From the NCBI RefSeq assembly GCF_009834535.1, contig NC_045707.1, forward strand, positions 47,432,001 through 47,496,000: 64,000 nucleotides of DNA. The letters are read 5' to 3'. This DNA is from Camelus ferus (lineage: Eukaryota). Of this stretch, positions 52,581 to 63,752 are shown one piece after another (position 1 is the first letter of the stretch; each line of letters starts with the position of its first letter). The notes beneath the pieces were generated by a model, which had not been told where the DNA came from, did no database searches, and was given only the letters and a program-made list of their open reading frames with translations. Made by a program: the position numbers and the translations under genes.

Positions 52581-54340
52581 GAGTCAGAAATGCGTATGAT
52601 CTCTGTTTACATGGAGGCTGTGTTTTAGAGACAAGAAATTATGATAGTCACTATGGTAAGTGCAGTACAAGAGGGTTGTACATGATACCAAAGGTGTACC
52701 CTGAAGGGGGAAGGGTTACTTAGGTCATGAGACAGTTTCACAAGGTCTCCCTTGGTGTCCTTGTAGATTTCTCCTAGAAGGTGCATGAAGGTGGATGACA
52801 CCCCAAGATGGAGATGCACAGAGGGAGGGAGAAGGGGGAGGGAAGTCTGAGGGGTGCACCCTTAGGTGAGTGCCCCAGGATCTGGGCTCTGACCAGATCT
52901 CTGCAGTGCTTATATCCAAGACTTGGATGAAGACAGAATAATTATGGAATCTCCACGTGACACAGAACTGAGAAGAATAACAAATGTGCTGTCTTATCCT
53001 GAAATTCTATTTCATCAAGTTTGCTTTAAACATGCATTCTCTGTTGCATTCCTTAATGGAACATTTGCTTCCTATTAATTGGTAGTGTCTTTGTGTTTAA
53101 ATAAATTTGTAATTTAATTCAGATGACTTGGAAAATGGGGTTTCTAAAAGAACAAGTCAATGACTTGATATTCTGGAATGTTAAATATGTTACAAAGTTA
53201 ATGCATGATGCCAGAGTTAAAAAACAAAAACATAAAAACCAATCACTTAACATTCCTTTTTCAAACTTATGTGCTGTCAGCCTTTCAATTATTACCATAA
53301 CATGATTTTTATTAAACTCTTACTTTTCTTTGGTTCGCACAATTAGCCCTAAATTCAACATTTTAACCACGCCATGAAAAGACCATTAGTCAACTTATGC
53401 TTACTCAGTTGCTAAAATGAGGTAATAAAAACCAATTTCCCGGTCTGGTTACCCTCCTTCTTTCCCTCCCCCTTTCTTCCTCCCACTTTCCCTCTTTCAC
53501 ATCCTCCCTCCCTTCTTCCTTCCCTCTTCCACAAAGATTTATTAAGATCTAATGTGAGCCTGGAGCTCTGCTAGGGGCACACATTTGGAATATGTAATAC
53601 TTGGATTCAGATATATTTAACCAGCTATGTCCAGAGTGAGTTTAACATGATTTGATTACCCCATTACAGTACACCTCCAGAAACATCTCATACATTTTAA
53701 AAGACCTAATTTTAGGCCAATTTGATGTAACAGAGTTGATCTCACCCTATATCCCCCCATATTCACATATTCATCCAAGGATATTGATCATGCAGTTCTT
53801 GGTTAGTCTATTGTTTACTCCCACTTTGGCAGAGAGCAAAATAAAAATGTACTCAGCTGACTCTTCAGTGAGTCAGTAAGCCTTCTCTTCATTTCCTAAT
53901 TCTAATTCTAGCTAAGACTGGAATAAGCAATTCTCTACCCAGCAATTTAATAAAACACATTTGTTTAAAACATACACATAGACCTTAACACATCAATTAA
54001 GATGCTTATAGGTTGTATCACATATGACATGGAAATCACAGAAGTACATGTATGTATGTAAATGTATGATGCAGACTGGGAACATTTAACTAAGCTGATA
54101 AATCACTGTGGACCTGCTTCCTGGTCTTCTACCATTTTTGGAAATGTTTTCCTTTTCTCATTTTGTTTGTGGTGGTGTTTAGTAGTTCACCCAGGGTTCT
54201 TGAGTAAGGACAGAGGACAAGAACATGTTAGTGTTGTGTGTGATGTTCACCCAAATCACAGTGATATATGAAAAAATATACTGGAGAGTATTATTTAAAT
54301 TTGAGTTTCTCTAAATTATTCCTTTTAAAATAAACTAGGA

Positions 54341-55170
54341 GTCTACTCTAAACAGAAAAGAAGCAGGATGCTACAAAAATGAGAAATTCGTAACTGGAAA
54401 GGTGATAACTACCATGAATTACAAATAGAATAAACACAAAATTGTAAAAGAAGACATCTAAATCATTAAGAGTGGGAGAAGGAAGCAAGGAAAGCCACTG
54501 TGGAATACAGTATGGAGATTCCTCAAAAGACTAGGAATAACTTACCATATGACCCAGGAATCCCGCTCCTTGGCATATATCCAGAAGGAACCCTACTTCA
54601 GGATGACACCTGCACCCCAATGTTCATAGCAGCACTATTTACAATAGCCAAGACATGGAAACAGCCTAAATGTCCATCAACAGGTGACTGGATAAAGAAG
54701 ATGTGGTATATGTATACAATGGAATACTACCCAGCCATAAAAACCGACAACATAATGCCATTTGCAGCAACATGGATGCTCCTGGAGAATGTCATTCTAA
54801 GTGAAGTAAGCTGGAAGGAGAAAGAAAATTACCATATGAGATCGCTCATATGTGGAATCTTGAAAAAAAAAAAACATAAATACAAAACAGAAACAGACTC
54901 ATAGACATAGAATACAAACTTGTAGTTGCCAAGGGGGGAGTGGGGTGGGAAGGGACAGATTGGGATTTTAAAATGTAGAATAGATAAACAAGATTATACT
55001 GTATAGCACAGGGAAATATATATACAAGATCTTGTGGTATCTCACAGAAAAAAAAATGTGACAATGAATATATGTATGTTCATGTATAACTGAAAAATTG
55101 TGCTCTACACTGGAATTTGACACTACATTGTAAAATGACTATTACTCAATAAAAAAATGTTAAAAAAAAT
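54341..55170 (+). mobile_element. Young-looking L1 insertion: ORF2 C-terminus, 3'UTR and polyA, preceded by about 150 bp of non-contiguous sequence
   Basis: ORF 54500-54904 encodes the ORF2p C-terminus (LPYDPGIPLLGIYP...[23 protein letters not shown]...ATWMLLENVILSEVS). TSD AAAATAAACTAGGA (54327-54340) and AAAATAAAATAGGA (55171-55184) at a TTTT/AAAA endonuclease site. Confidence 0.92.
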
Positions 55171-55199
55171 AAAATAAAATAGGAAATTCCATATGTTAA

Positions 55200-56158
55200 A
55201 TAGAACCACTTTATAAAGTTAGGTCAAGGGTATATCTTGTAGACTTGTATGGATGTAGATTGGAATTTTCCTGAACAAGATACAGCCTCAGAGGTGTAGA
55301 CAATGGGTGAGAACCAACCCCGAAGAAGAGCCCTCAACATATGTGCACAGGTCTTACTATGAAATGGACATGCTAGTCCAGCGACTATCACTCCCACAGC
55401 CTTTAGCAGAGAAAGTCAAAGATTCATTTGGACAGATGCATCTCTAGGAAGATTTCCCAAGAGAAGAGAGCATGGCAGCATGTCTTCCCTGGTCTGAATG
55501 GGCTGTTCTTCCCCTAGAGCCAAGCGAAGGGAGGCAGTGAGAGAGCCCCTTAGAATTAGGAGTGCTTGCCAGAAAGGGACGTCAGACTTTCAGTGCCTGG
55601 CCAGAGGCTTTCCAGGCTGGAGGAATGTGTACACCTACTCTCTGCTACTATAGGAGTGCAAGACAGGCAAGTTTTTGGAAGAATCTGACAAGGATCCTTT
55701 GGAGTTTGAGGGACAAAGACAAAATCTGCAGGCTAGAGTTGGGCTGGAGCTGCTCCTAGAAGCTAGACAGGGACAGAGGGTTGCAAGTTCCACTTCCACC
55801 ATTGACTGGGCAGGAATGCCCAATGGTTCCCGTGGACTGAAGGGACACAGTGGAGACTGTCTACCAAATGGAGTGAAAGGACAGGCCATGCCTGACAGCT
55901 GTAATAGAAGAGAAGGGGGAGAAGGGAGATTTGAAATGGATGAGAAATTGAAGTTTAATTTACACTGGACTGGAATTTTCCATCGCTGAAAGTGAGACTC
56001 TTCTCACAACTGAGACTGGCCTCAAAGGTCAGGGATCTGCCTAAAATATCACTGGGGACTGAGAAGGGAGATCTGCTTGTTTGACAGCAGCAGAGGGAGA
56101 AGACAAAGCAGTTTACTGATTATGATTACTGACTCAGCACATTTAATAAATCAGTTAC
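55200..56158 (+). mobile_element. Probable ancient LTR (LTR78/Gypsy-like mammalian LTR class)
   Basis: Purine-rich 1-kb block ending AATAAATCAGTTACA. Family not certain. Confidence 0.4.
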
Positions 56159-56169
56159 ACAATTTTTTT

Positions 56170-56900
56170 AAAAGTCAGCTATTACACCACCTATGGAGTG
56201 TTCTTGCCAAAATTTTTTTTTATTTGTTTTGAGTCTAATTTAATCAAATCTCTTGAACTAATGAACAGCTTCCAGGACAGACAGGAGCTGGAAGAACTTG
56301 TTAATGACACCCAGAGGGTACCATCAGCCAAATCCAGAAGGTTAGAAATTCCACAGGACAAAAGCCCCCGTTTTCTTCAACAACACATGGCATAGAGGAA
56401 GAGAGGGGAACTGTCATAAATTTTTTTAAAAAAACTTGAGAATATCTGACATGTAATGTATGCACTGTATTTGAATTTTTATTTGAATGTAAAAAGACAT
56501 TTCTGAGACACTCAGGGAAAGTTGAACTTGGATTGGATATTAAATATGTTAAGGAATTATGAATTTTGGGGGCATGATAATGTAGTGGGGTTTTTTTTCT
56601 TTTAAGTTCTTATGCACTACAGAAACATACTGAAGTATTTATAGGTGAAGATTAGTTTTTAAATACTCTTGGATAAAATGATAAAAAATACACATAAATT
56701 TTTTTAAAGAATAAAAAGATAAAATATACTCCAGCTTAAAAGAAAGTAAAGTGTAAATTTGGAGAGAAGATTGATGAGAAAAGAATGACGGAACGGGAAT
56801 AATTGTTGAATTTAGGTGATAGGAACCATCAGGCTTTATTATACCATTCTTTCTAATTTTGTATGTGTGAAATTTTCTATAATAGAATGGTAAAAATTAA
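56170..56900 (+). mobile_element. Old L1 3'UTR (L1MC/ME-like)
   Basis: AAAGACATTTCTGAGACACTCAGGGAAAGTTGAACTTGGATTGGATATTA...TACTGAAGTATTTATAGGTGAA. Confidence 0.75.
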
Positions 56901-57014
56901 AAATAAAATTACAAGGCTGTTTAAATAGCAAGTATCTTTATTTTTATTTTTTAAGGTCTTGCTGTGGTATGGATAATGGTTAAGAGTTCAAGTGCTGAAA
57001 TTCAACTTAGTTTT

Positions 57015-57712
57015 TTTGTTGTTGTTTTGTTTTTATTGAAGTATAGTCAATTTACAATGTTTCATTAGTTTCTGGTGTAGAGCATAAGTGATTCAATTAT
57101 ACATATAAATGTATATATACATTCCTTTTCATACTCTTTTTCATTATAGGCTATTATAAGGTATTGAATATAATTCCCTGTGCTATGCAGTAGGACCTTA
57201 TTATTTACCTATTTTATATATAATAGTTAGAATCTGCAAATCCCAAACTCCCAATTTATCCCTCCCTACCCCCTTTCCCCCTGGTAACCATAAGTTTATT
57301 TTCTATGTCTGTAAGTCTGTTTCTATTTTGTAAATAAGTTCATCTGTGTCATTTTTAAAGATTCCACATATAAGTGATATCATATGGTATTTTTCTTTCT
57401 CTTTCTGGCTTAATTCACTTAGTATGACAGTTGCCAGGTCCATCCATGTAAGCATTATTTCATTCTTTTTATGGCTGAGTAGTATTCCATCATATACATT
57501 ATATGTATATAGATATATCACAACTTCTTTATCCAATCATCTGTTGATGAACATTTAGGTTGCTTCCATGTCTTGGTTATTGTAAATACTGCTTCTATGA
57601 ATATTGGGGTGCAGGTATCTTTTCGAATTAGTTTCCTCAAGATACATGCCCAGGAGTGGGATTGTTGGATCATATGGTAATTCTATTTTTAGTTTTTTAA
57701 GGAATTTCCATA
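57015..57712 (-). mobile_element. 5'-truncated L1 inserted in a MIR
   Basis: Antisense ORF2 C-terminus and 3'UTR (TWMDLATVILSELSQKEKEKYHMISLICGI). TSD about TCAA(C/T)TTAGTTTT at 57002-57014 and 57713-57725. Confidence 0.9.
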
Positions 57713-58839
57713 TCAATTTAGTTTTGAATACTGGCTACAACTATTATCAGTTCTGTGACCTTTGGAAAGTCACTTAACATAAGCCCCATTTCCCCCAACT
57801 GCAAGATGAGAATAATAACAATGCCTTATTGTTGCTACAAGGATTTAGTGGGATAATATTTGTAAAATTTAACAAAGCACAGAGTTGTCCCAACTATTAG
57901 AGTAATCAGTAATCTCTGCAAATAAGTACAAAGTAAGCCCAAGTATTAGCCTACTCAAGTTTAATTTATACTTCTCTCTCTGTTTCCATTTTGAGGTACT
58001 ATTTTTGATGCTATAGTTGCCTTCTTATCTTAAGTCTGAAAACTCTAATGCAGAAGTGAAAATTTGCTTAGAAAGAAATCCTCAGAGGTGGGGAACAGGT
58101 TTTTTTTGTCTCCTCACCTTGGAATGCTCCCAGAGTTGACTTTTGAGCTGTTAAATTTCTATAATTGCTAGTAGCACAAACCAATTCTGACCAACTTAAG
58201 GGGGAAAAAAAGGTTATCTTACAGAACCCGAGGAAAATCTAGACCTGCAAAGGCAAACTAAGTGTAAGCTCAGGAACCAGAAAAACTCTAATGATCTAAG
58301 CATGAAGCCATATGTTTACTTTCTTCAGGTCACCAAAATCAGGGTGAATGAACTTCAAGTATTTGAAGTTTCTGTATCAACTTGCTATCACTTTGCTTAA
58401 GATTCCGGTTTCAGAGAGTATCTGGCTCAGTTTGGGTCACATGCCCGTCACTTGGTTGGAAGAGGGTGGGGAATTGGGAACCTTTAATGACAATCCTACC
58501 AAGACTATATCCTAAGATTGTTATCTCTAATAATAGTTCCTATCTAGGGAACTAGTTGTACCTTAACATTCATTCTTCCCTTCTTTCATGGCGAGAGGGT
58601 TTTACCTGGCCAAATACCTGCTCAGATAAAGGCTACACTTCCAAGCCTCTCTAGAAGTTCTGTGTGGCCATGTGACTAATTGATGGTCATGCGCTATAAG
58701 CAGAAGTGATATGTGAAACATCCAGATTCTGCCCTTGATAGAATTGGATGTGTTCGTCAAGTCTCCTTAACCCAGTCCCCCGACTGAAAGAAGGCTACAA
58801 CTGGAACAGCTATCTTGGACCAACAATAGAAGTAGGACG

Positions 58840-58947
58840 GTGCAGTTTAGCAAATAAAAATACAAGACATTGAATTACATTTGAATTTCAGATAAACAAG
58901 GAATATTTTTCTAAAAAACAAAGTATATTCCAGGCAATATTTGAACA
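58840..58947. mobile_element. MER53 half element
   Basis: TTTAGCAAATAAAAATACAAGACA...TTTGAATTTCAGATAAACAA...GCAATATTTG. Confidence 0.75.
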
Positions 58948-60269
58948 TAGAGAGGTTCAACATATATTGTTAAGTGAGAATAGAACAGGGGACTAAATAG
59001 TATGTATACATTGGTTGATGACCTGTATGCTAGTGTGTGTTTAAAAAAAAATCTAGTTATGTTTAAACATGACCATTATCTCTATGATAAGAACAGTGAT
59101 TTAGAGAGAAAGGAGAGGAGAGCCAGATACGGTGGTGGCCTAGACCAAGTGGTAGCATTAAGAATGGAAAACAGTAGACAACTGATGATACATACTGACT
59201 ACCAATACACGTGTTTTGAAGACATACTAAATTGCTATCAGTGGTTTTCACAGGGTGGGCAAAGTGTAAATATATGGAGGACTTTCACATTCTAACTCAT
59301 ATATTCCTGCAGTGTTTTTAATAGGAAAATTGATATTTTTTACTTCCTAGAAATAAGAAAAATTTTGTATGTTTAAAAGTGCCATGAGAAGCAATAAATG
59401 CAAACTTGGGAAAATTGTTTGCAAAATTTATGCTACACGAAGTGTTGATATTCCTAATATATGAAGTGCTCTTACAAGTTCAAAAGACAGAGATGAACAT
59501 ACAGGTAGAAAATGGGCAGCAGAAATGAAAAGTCATAAAAGGAACACCTATTTCCAATAAGCTGAAAACATTCTACCTCCTTAATCAGAAGAGAAATACT
59601 ATGACAACTAGATAGTATGTTCCTCCTAAATTGGCAATTTTTAAAAAGGAACAATCTTAATTTTGGCTCTGCAAGTTCCTTGAGTAAGATTGTTGTCAGA
59701 GAGTGGGATTTGGGAGTTTAGTTTGTCTTCAACGAAACAGCTTTCAGTGATGACAAATCCAAACATCATCCTTGAAGTAGGTCACACACTGCAAATGGGA
59801 AGACAGTGGGCAAGGAATTATGAGATCACAGTGTCAAATGGGCTATTGGTGTGTTTAACACAAATAACAATAATAACCATTTGTTACTGGGTATTTAAAA
59901 TGTGCCAGGCCAATGCTGACTGCTTACAAAATGCTGTTGAGGGAGGTGCTGCTGTTCTCCACATCATACCAGGAGGAAAACCAAGTCTTAGAAAGGTTAA
60001 GTAACCTGTTAGCCCTTCTGCATTTACATAAATACCTCATTATTATTTTTTTTTTCATTTTAATCAAGGCAACCATTTGTTGATACTTGTGAACCCTGCC
60101 TATATAAGCCCAGAACACAGCTCTAAACAATCTGGCTTGCTAGGTTTAAAAAAACTAATTTCTAAGATACTTATAATTAGGTGAATTTCTCTGGTCAGGC
60201 TTACTGTCATTAATCAGAGGCTCAATGCTTTGTTTTTAGGTTATTGAGGTTCTTTATGTCTCCTTCACT

Positions 60270-60460
60270 TTTTTTAAAAAATTGAAGTATAGTTGATTTA
60301 CAGTGTTGTGTTAGTTTCTGGTGTACATCATAGTGATTTAGTTATATAAATAGTTATATACACACACACATATTCTTTTTCATTATTGGTTATTACAAGA
60401 TATTGAATATAGTTCCCTGTGCTATACAGTAGGACCTTGCTGTTTATCTATTTATATATA
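60270..60460 (-). mobile_element. L1 3' end fragment
   Basis: TTGAAGTATAGTTGATTTACAGTGTTGTGTTAGTTTCTGGTGTACA...TTCCCTGTGCTATACAGTAGGACCTTG. Confidence 0.9.
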
Positions 60461-60744
60461 GAAGAGAAACAATTCATTCTTAACTACTGTGCTATATACT
60501 TCATTCAGGAATACAATATGCGTTAATTAATTAAACGTCAAGTATTAGACACTAAATTAGGAACTGTGGGTACAGTGGTGAACAAAGTCTTTATTAGTCT
60601 TTAGCTGATAGTCCAGAGGGAGATGGAGATAAGTAAGTAGGCAATTATGATATACAGCCATATGTTGTCTACAAGAGACACACCTATAATGAGCAGGGTA
60701 CTGGAGCTGCCTCATAGTGGTTCTTATCAGCCTGCAGAAGCTGA

Positions 60745-61222
60745 CTATTATAGCAGCTTCATTCATAATAGTCCCAAAACTACCTAATGTCCATCAACTT
60801 ATAAATGTATCCATAAGTGAATGTGACCTATCCATACAGCAGAATATTATTCAGTAATAAAAAAGAAATGAAGTATTGATACATGCTACAATATATATGG
60901 ACCTTGAAAATATGTGCTAAGTGAAAGAAGACAGTCACAAAAAAAACATATTGTATGATTCCATTTATACAACATGTTCAGAAGAGGCAAATCTATAAAG
61001 ATAGAAAATAAATTAGTGGTTACCAATTAGGACTGGGGCAGAGGGATGGTTGAAGTTAGTGGTTGCTAATGAGTCTTTCTGGGATGATGAAAATGTTTTA
61101 AATTGTTTGTGGTGGTGGTGGTGGTTGCCCAAGTATATGAATATATTAAAACCATTGTGTTACATATTTAAATGAGTGAATTTTATGGTATGTGAGTTAT
61201 ATCTCAATAAAGTTATTTAAAA
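60745..61222 (+). mobile_element. Old L1 3' end (L1MB/ME-like)
   Basis: TATAGCAGCTTCATTCATAATAG...GTATGATTCCATTTATA...GTGAGTTATATCTCAATAAAG. Confidence 0.85.
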
Positions 61223-61224
61223 AG

Positions 61225-61565
61225 CAAGTTGTGAACATCTCCTCCCAACTTTGCATTCAACCATTTTGGTGGGAGTAGGGTTGCCAGATTCAGCAACTGA
61301 AAATACAGACAACCAGTTAAATTTGAATTTCAGATAAACAGCAAATATTTTTTATATGTAAGTGTGTTCCATGCAATATTAACTACTTATATTAAAAAAT
61401 GAGTCATTGTTTATCTGCAATTCAGATTTAACTAGGCATTCTGTGTTTTCTCTGACAATCCCAGGTGGGAGTATTGACACCATAGAAATCAGTACATTCT
61501 GCAAATCAGACGCTACTTCTCCTGCCCAGAGAGCTGGTTGTTAAGCATTTGTCAGCACATCACTG
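61225..61565 (-). mobile_element. MER63-like hAT element split by MER53
   Basis: Ends GAGAGCTGGTTGTTAAGCATTTGTCAGCACATCACTG, the reverse complement of the MER63-like terminus CAGTGATGTGCTG. Confidence 0.7.
61276..61463. mobile_element. Full MER53 palindromic hAT element with 8-bp TSD
   Basis: TAGGGTTGCCAGA...TCTGACAATCCCA. TSD GGTGGGAG at 61268-61275 and 61464-61471; 8 bp is the hAT hallmark. Confidence 0.92.
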
Positions 61566-62248
61566 CCTAAACTATTAAAAAAAAAAAAAAAGGAGACTAA
61601 AAGTCAAAGGATGTAAAAAAAGACATGCTAATAAGCAAACACTAACCAAACTAAAAGTGGTATGACTATATTCATATTAGACAAAATAGACTTTAAAACA
61701 AAAAATATTACTGTAATAAGGGTAAAAACATTGATAGAAGATTTACTTCATCAATATTTGATAATTCCAAGGTTGTATGGGACTCATAACACAGCTTTAA
61801 AATACATATAGTAAAAGTTGCCAAAACTACAAGAAGAATCAACAAATCTACCACCACAGTGGGAGATTTTGATATATCATATCAGTAATTAATAGACCAG
61901 TCATAAAAGGTATCAGTAGAAATATAGAAGACTTAAAAAATACAATGATAAGCTTCATCTACTGGACACATATAGACCCCTATCCCTGACAACGATGACA
62001 TACATTTCTGTCAAGTGCCCACAAAGCATTTATATGAAAACTTTTCAGGTATGTGGCCAAAAAGCAAGTTTAAGTTTTTTAAGAACTGGTGTACACAGAC
62101 TGTATTCTTTAAACACAATGCAATTGAATTAGAAATGCATTTTAAAAGATTTTTAAAGTAGTGTATATTTGAGAAATTTAAAACATACTTCTTAGAAAGG
62201 AAAAAGCATTGTTCTCCATGTTTATATTAGAAAGAAAAGTATACCTGA

Positions 62249-62872
62249 CTGGCCGCGCGTCCCCGCCAGCCCGGAGTCCCCCGCCGCGCCTCCTTCCTAG
62301 GCTTCAGCAGACCTCACCAAAATGCCGTCTCAAATGGAACACGCCATGGAAACCATGATGTTCACATTTCACAAATTTGCTGGGGATAAAGGCTACTTAA
62401 CAAAGGAGGACCTGAGAGTACTCATGGAAAAGGAGTTCCCTGGATTTTTGGAAAATCAAAAAGACCCTCTGGCCATGGACAAAATAATGACGGACCTGGA
62501 CCAGTGCCGAGACGGCAAAGTGGGCTTCCAGAGCTGCTTTTCGCTAATCGCCGGGCTCACCATTGCGTGCAATGACTATTTTGTGGTGCACGTGAAGCAG
62601 AAGGGAAAGAAGTAGGCAGCACTGAGCAGTTGCTCCTGCCGTGATAAGAAGTCTCCCAAAGGGTCGCTTAAGGAATCTGCCCCACAGCTTCCCCCTGTAT
62701 AAGGATTTCCTGAACAGACTGGGACCCTTAGAAAATGTACAAATAAAACCCAACTCCCCTTGGAGAAGCAGAGAAAGAAAAGTCAGTTAAAGCCAGATAA
62801 GCTTTTGATTTTTATATTGCTTGCATCCTCTTGCCCTCAATAAACAAAATCCTTTTTTAGTTCTGAAAAGAA
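62249..62872 (+). pseudogene. S100A10: S100A10 (p11) processed retrocopy: 5'UTR, intronless CDS, 3'UTR and short A-rich tail
   Basis: Perfect 20-bp TSD AGAAAGAAAAGTATACCTGA at 62229-62248 and 62873-62892. GC/CpG-rich 5'UTR joined directly to the CDS, with no intron at the LE|NQK position where the parent gene is interrupted. AATAAA at 62839-62844 followed by an A-rich remnant. Embedded in an old L1. Confidence 0.96.
62322..62615 (+). CDS. S100A10: Intact 97-aa S100A10-like ORF within the retrocopy (expression unknown)
   Basis: MPSQMEHAMETMMFTFHKFAGDKGYLTKEDLRVLMEKEFPGFLENQKDPL...KQKGKK matches S100A10 end to end with no stop or frameshift. It differs from the human sequence as I recall it at V52M, K57T, F72C and M91V. 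Confidence 0.75.
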   Translation: MPSQMEHAMETMMFTFHKFAGDKGYLTKEDLRVLMEKEFPGFLENQKDPLAMDKIMTDLDQCRDGKVGFQSCFSLIAGLTIACNDYFVVHVKQKGKK

Positions 62873-62915
62873 AGAAAGAAAAGTATACCTGAGCATTAAT
62901 ACCCTGAGCTTCACA

Positions 62916-63058
62916 GGGGGAGGGTGTAGCTCAGTGGTAAAGCACATGCCCAGCAAGCACAAGGTCCTGGGTTCAATCCCCAGTACCTTCAAGAAAAATA
63001 AGTAAATAAATAAAAATCCAATATTTCTCCCCCAAAATGAAAATAATAATAATAAAAA
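62916..63058 (+). mobile_element. tRNA-derived SINE (Vic-1-like)
   Basis: GGGGGAGGGTGTAGCTCAGTGGTAAAGC...GGTCCTGGGTTCAATCCCCAGTACC followed by an A-rich tail. Confidence 0.9.
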
Positions 63059-63353
63059 GCTAATCTTCAAACCTAAGCAATTAGAAGAGAAAACAAACAA
63101 AAGAACTAAAGCAAAAATGGAAATAATAATGATAAAGAAAAGTTAAAAGTCAAGAACACACAAATGAGCAAATTTAGGAAAAATGTTTTAAATTGTAAAA
63201 ACTTGAATCAGTATTTTAAAATCTTCTCATGAATGCAAAGAAAATCCACCAGACCCAAGATAACTTTATAGGTGAGTTCTAACACACTTTCAAGGAATAA
63301 AAAATGGAGGTAGGGGAGAAGAAACACTCTTGGACTCATTTTCTGAAGTTGGA

Positions 63354-63688
63354 TGTACAAAATTAATAAACAGAAACCTCAGTTACACGGAGTAAGCAGG
63401 CCAGAAGGGGGAGCTCCCGCGCTCTGCGATGATAGCAGAGCTCAACAGGAGGAAGAAAGACTTCTTTCCTTCTAAGGACTCAGCTAATGAAAAGCCATGG
63501 ACTCTGTTTACTACGGCCCTCTCAACTTCCTTTTCCTGTCTATAAAAGCATTCTCCTTCTCTTGCTGTGCCAGGACTTGCAAGTAGTAAGCCATGGCTGC
63601 AGACCTCGAATTGCAGTTCTCTGCTGATCATGAATAAATCCATCTTTGCTACAGAAATATCAAGCAGTCTGCTTATTTCAGGTCAACA
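63354..63688 (+). mobile_element. ERV solo LTR
   Basis: TGT...ACA termini, TATAAAA at 63541, AATAAA at 63633 and a 3' end TTTCAGGTCAACA. It interrupts collinear L1 sequence. Confidence 0.8.
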
Positions 63689-63752
63689 GGTATAATGTGA
63701 TATTAAAACCAAACAGGTTTAGTGTAAAAAATGCAATTTATAGGTCCTCTCA

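Larger units (their letters stand above)
61590..63740 (+). mobile_element. Old L1 ORF2 endonuclease/5' region hosting the S100A10 retrocopy, a SINE and an LTR
   Basis: GCAAACACTAACCAAA, TATTAGACAAAATAGACTTTAAAACAAAA, GTGGGAGATTTT, CACAATGCAATTGAATTAGAAAT and GGTGAGTTCTAACACACTTTCAAGGAA are degenerate ORF2 motifs that stay collinear across the insertions. Confidence 0.85.

Noticed and set aside
54500..54904. 134-aa ORF as a host gene
   Set aside because: It is the L1 ORF2p C-terminus and has no proper start context.
62322..62615. The authentic S100A10 gene
   Set aside because: There are no introns, it is flanked by a TSD and an A-rich tail, it sits inside an L1, and no neighbouring S100/EDC genes are present.
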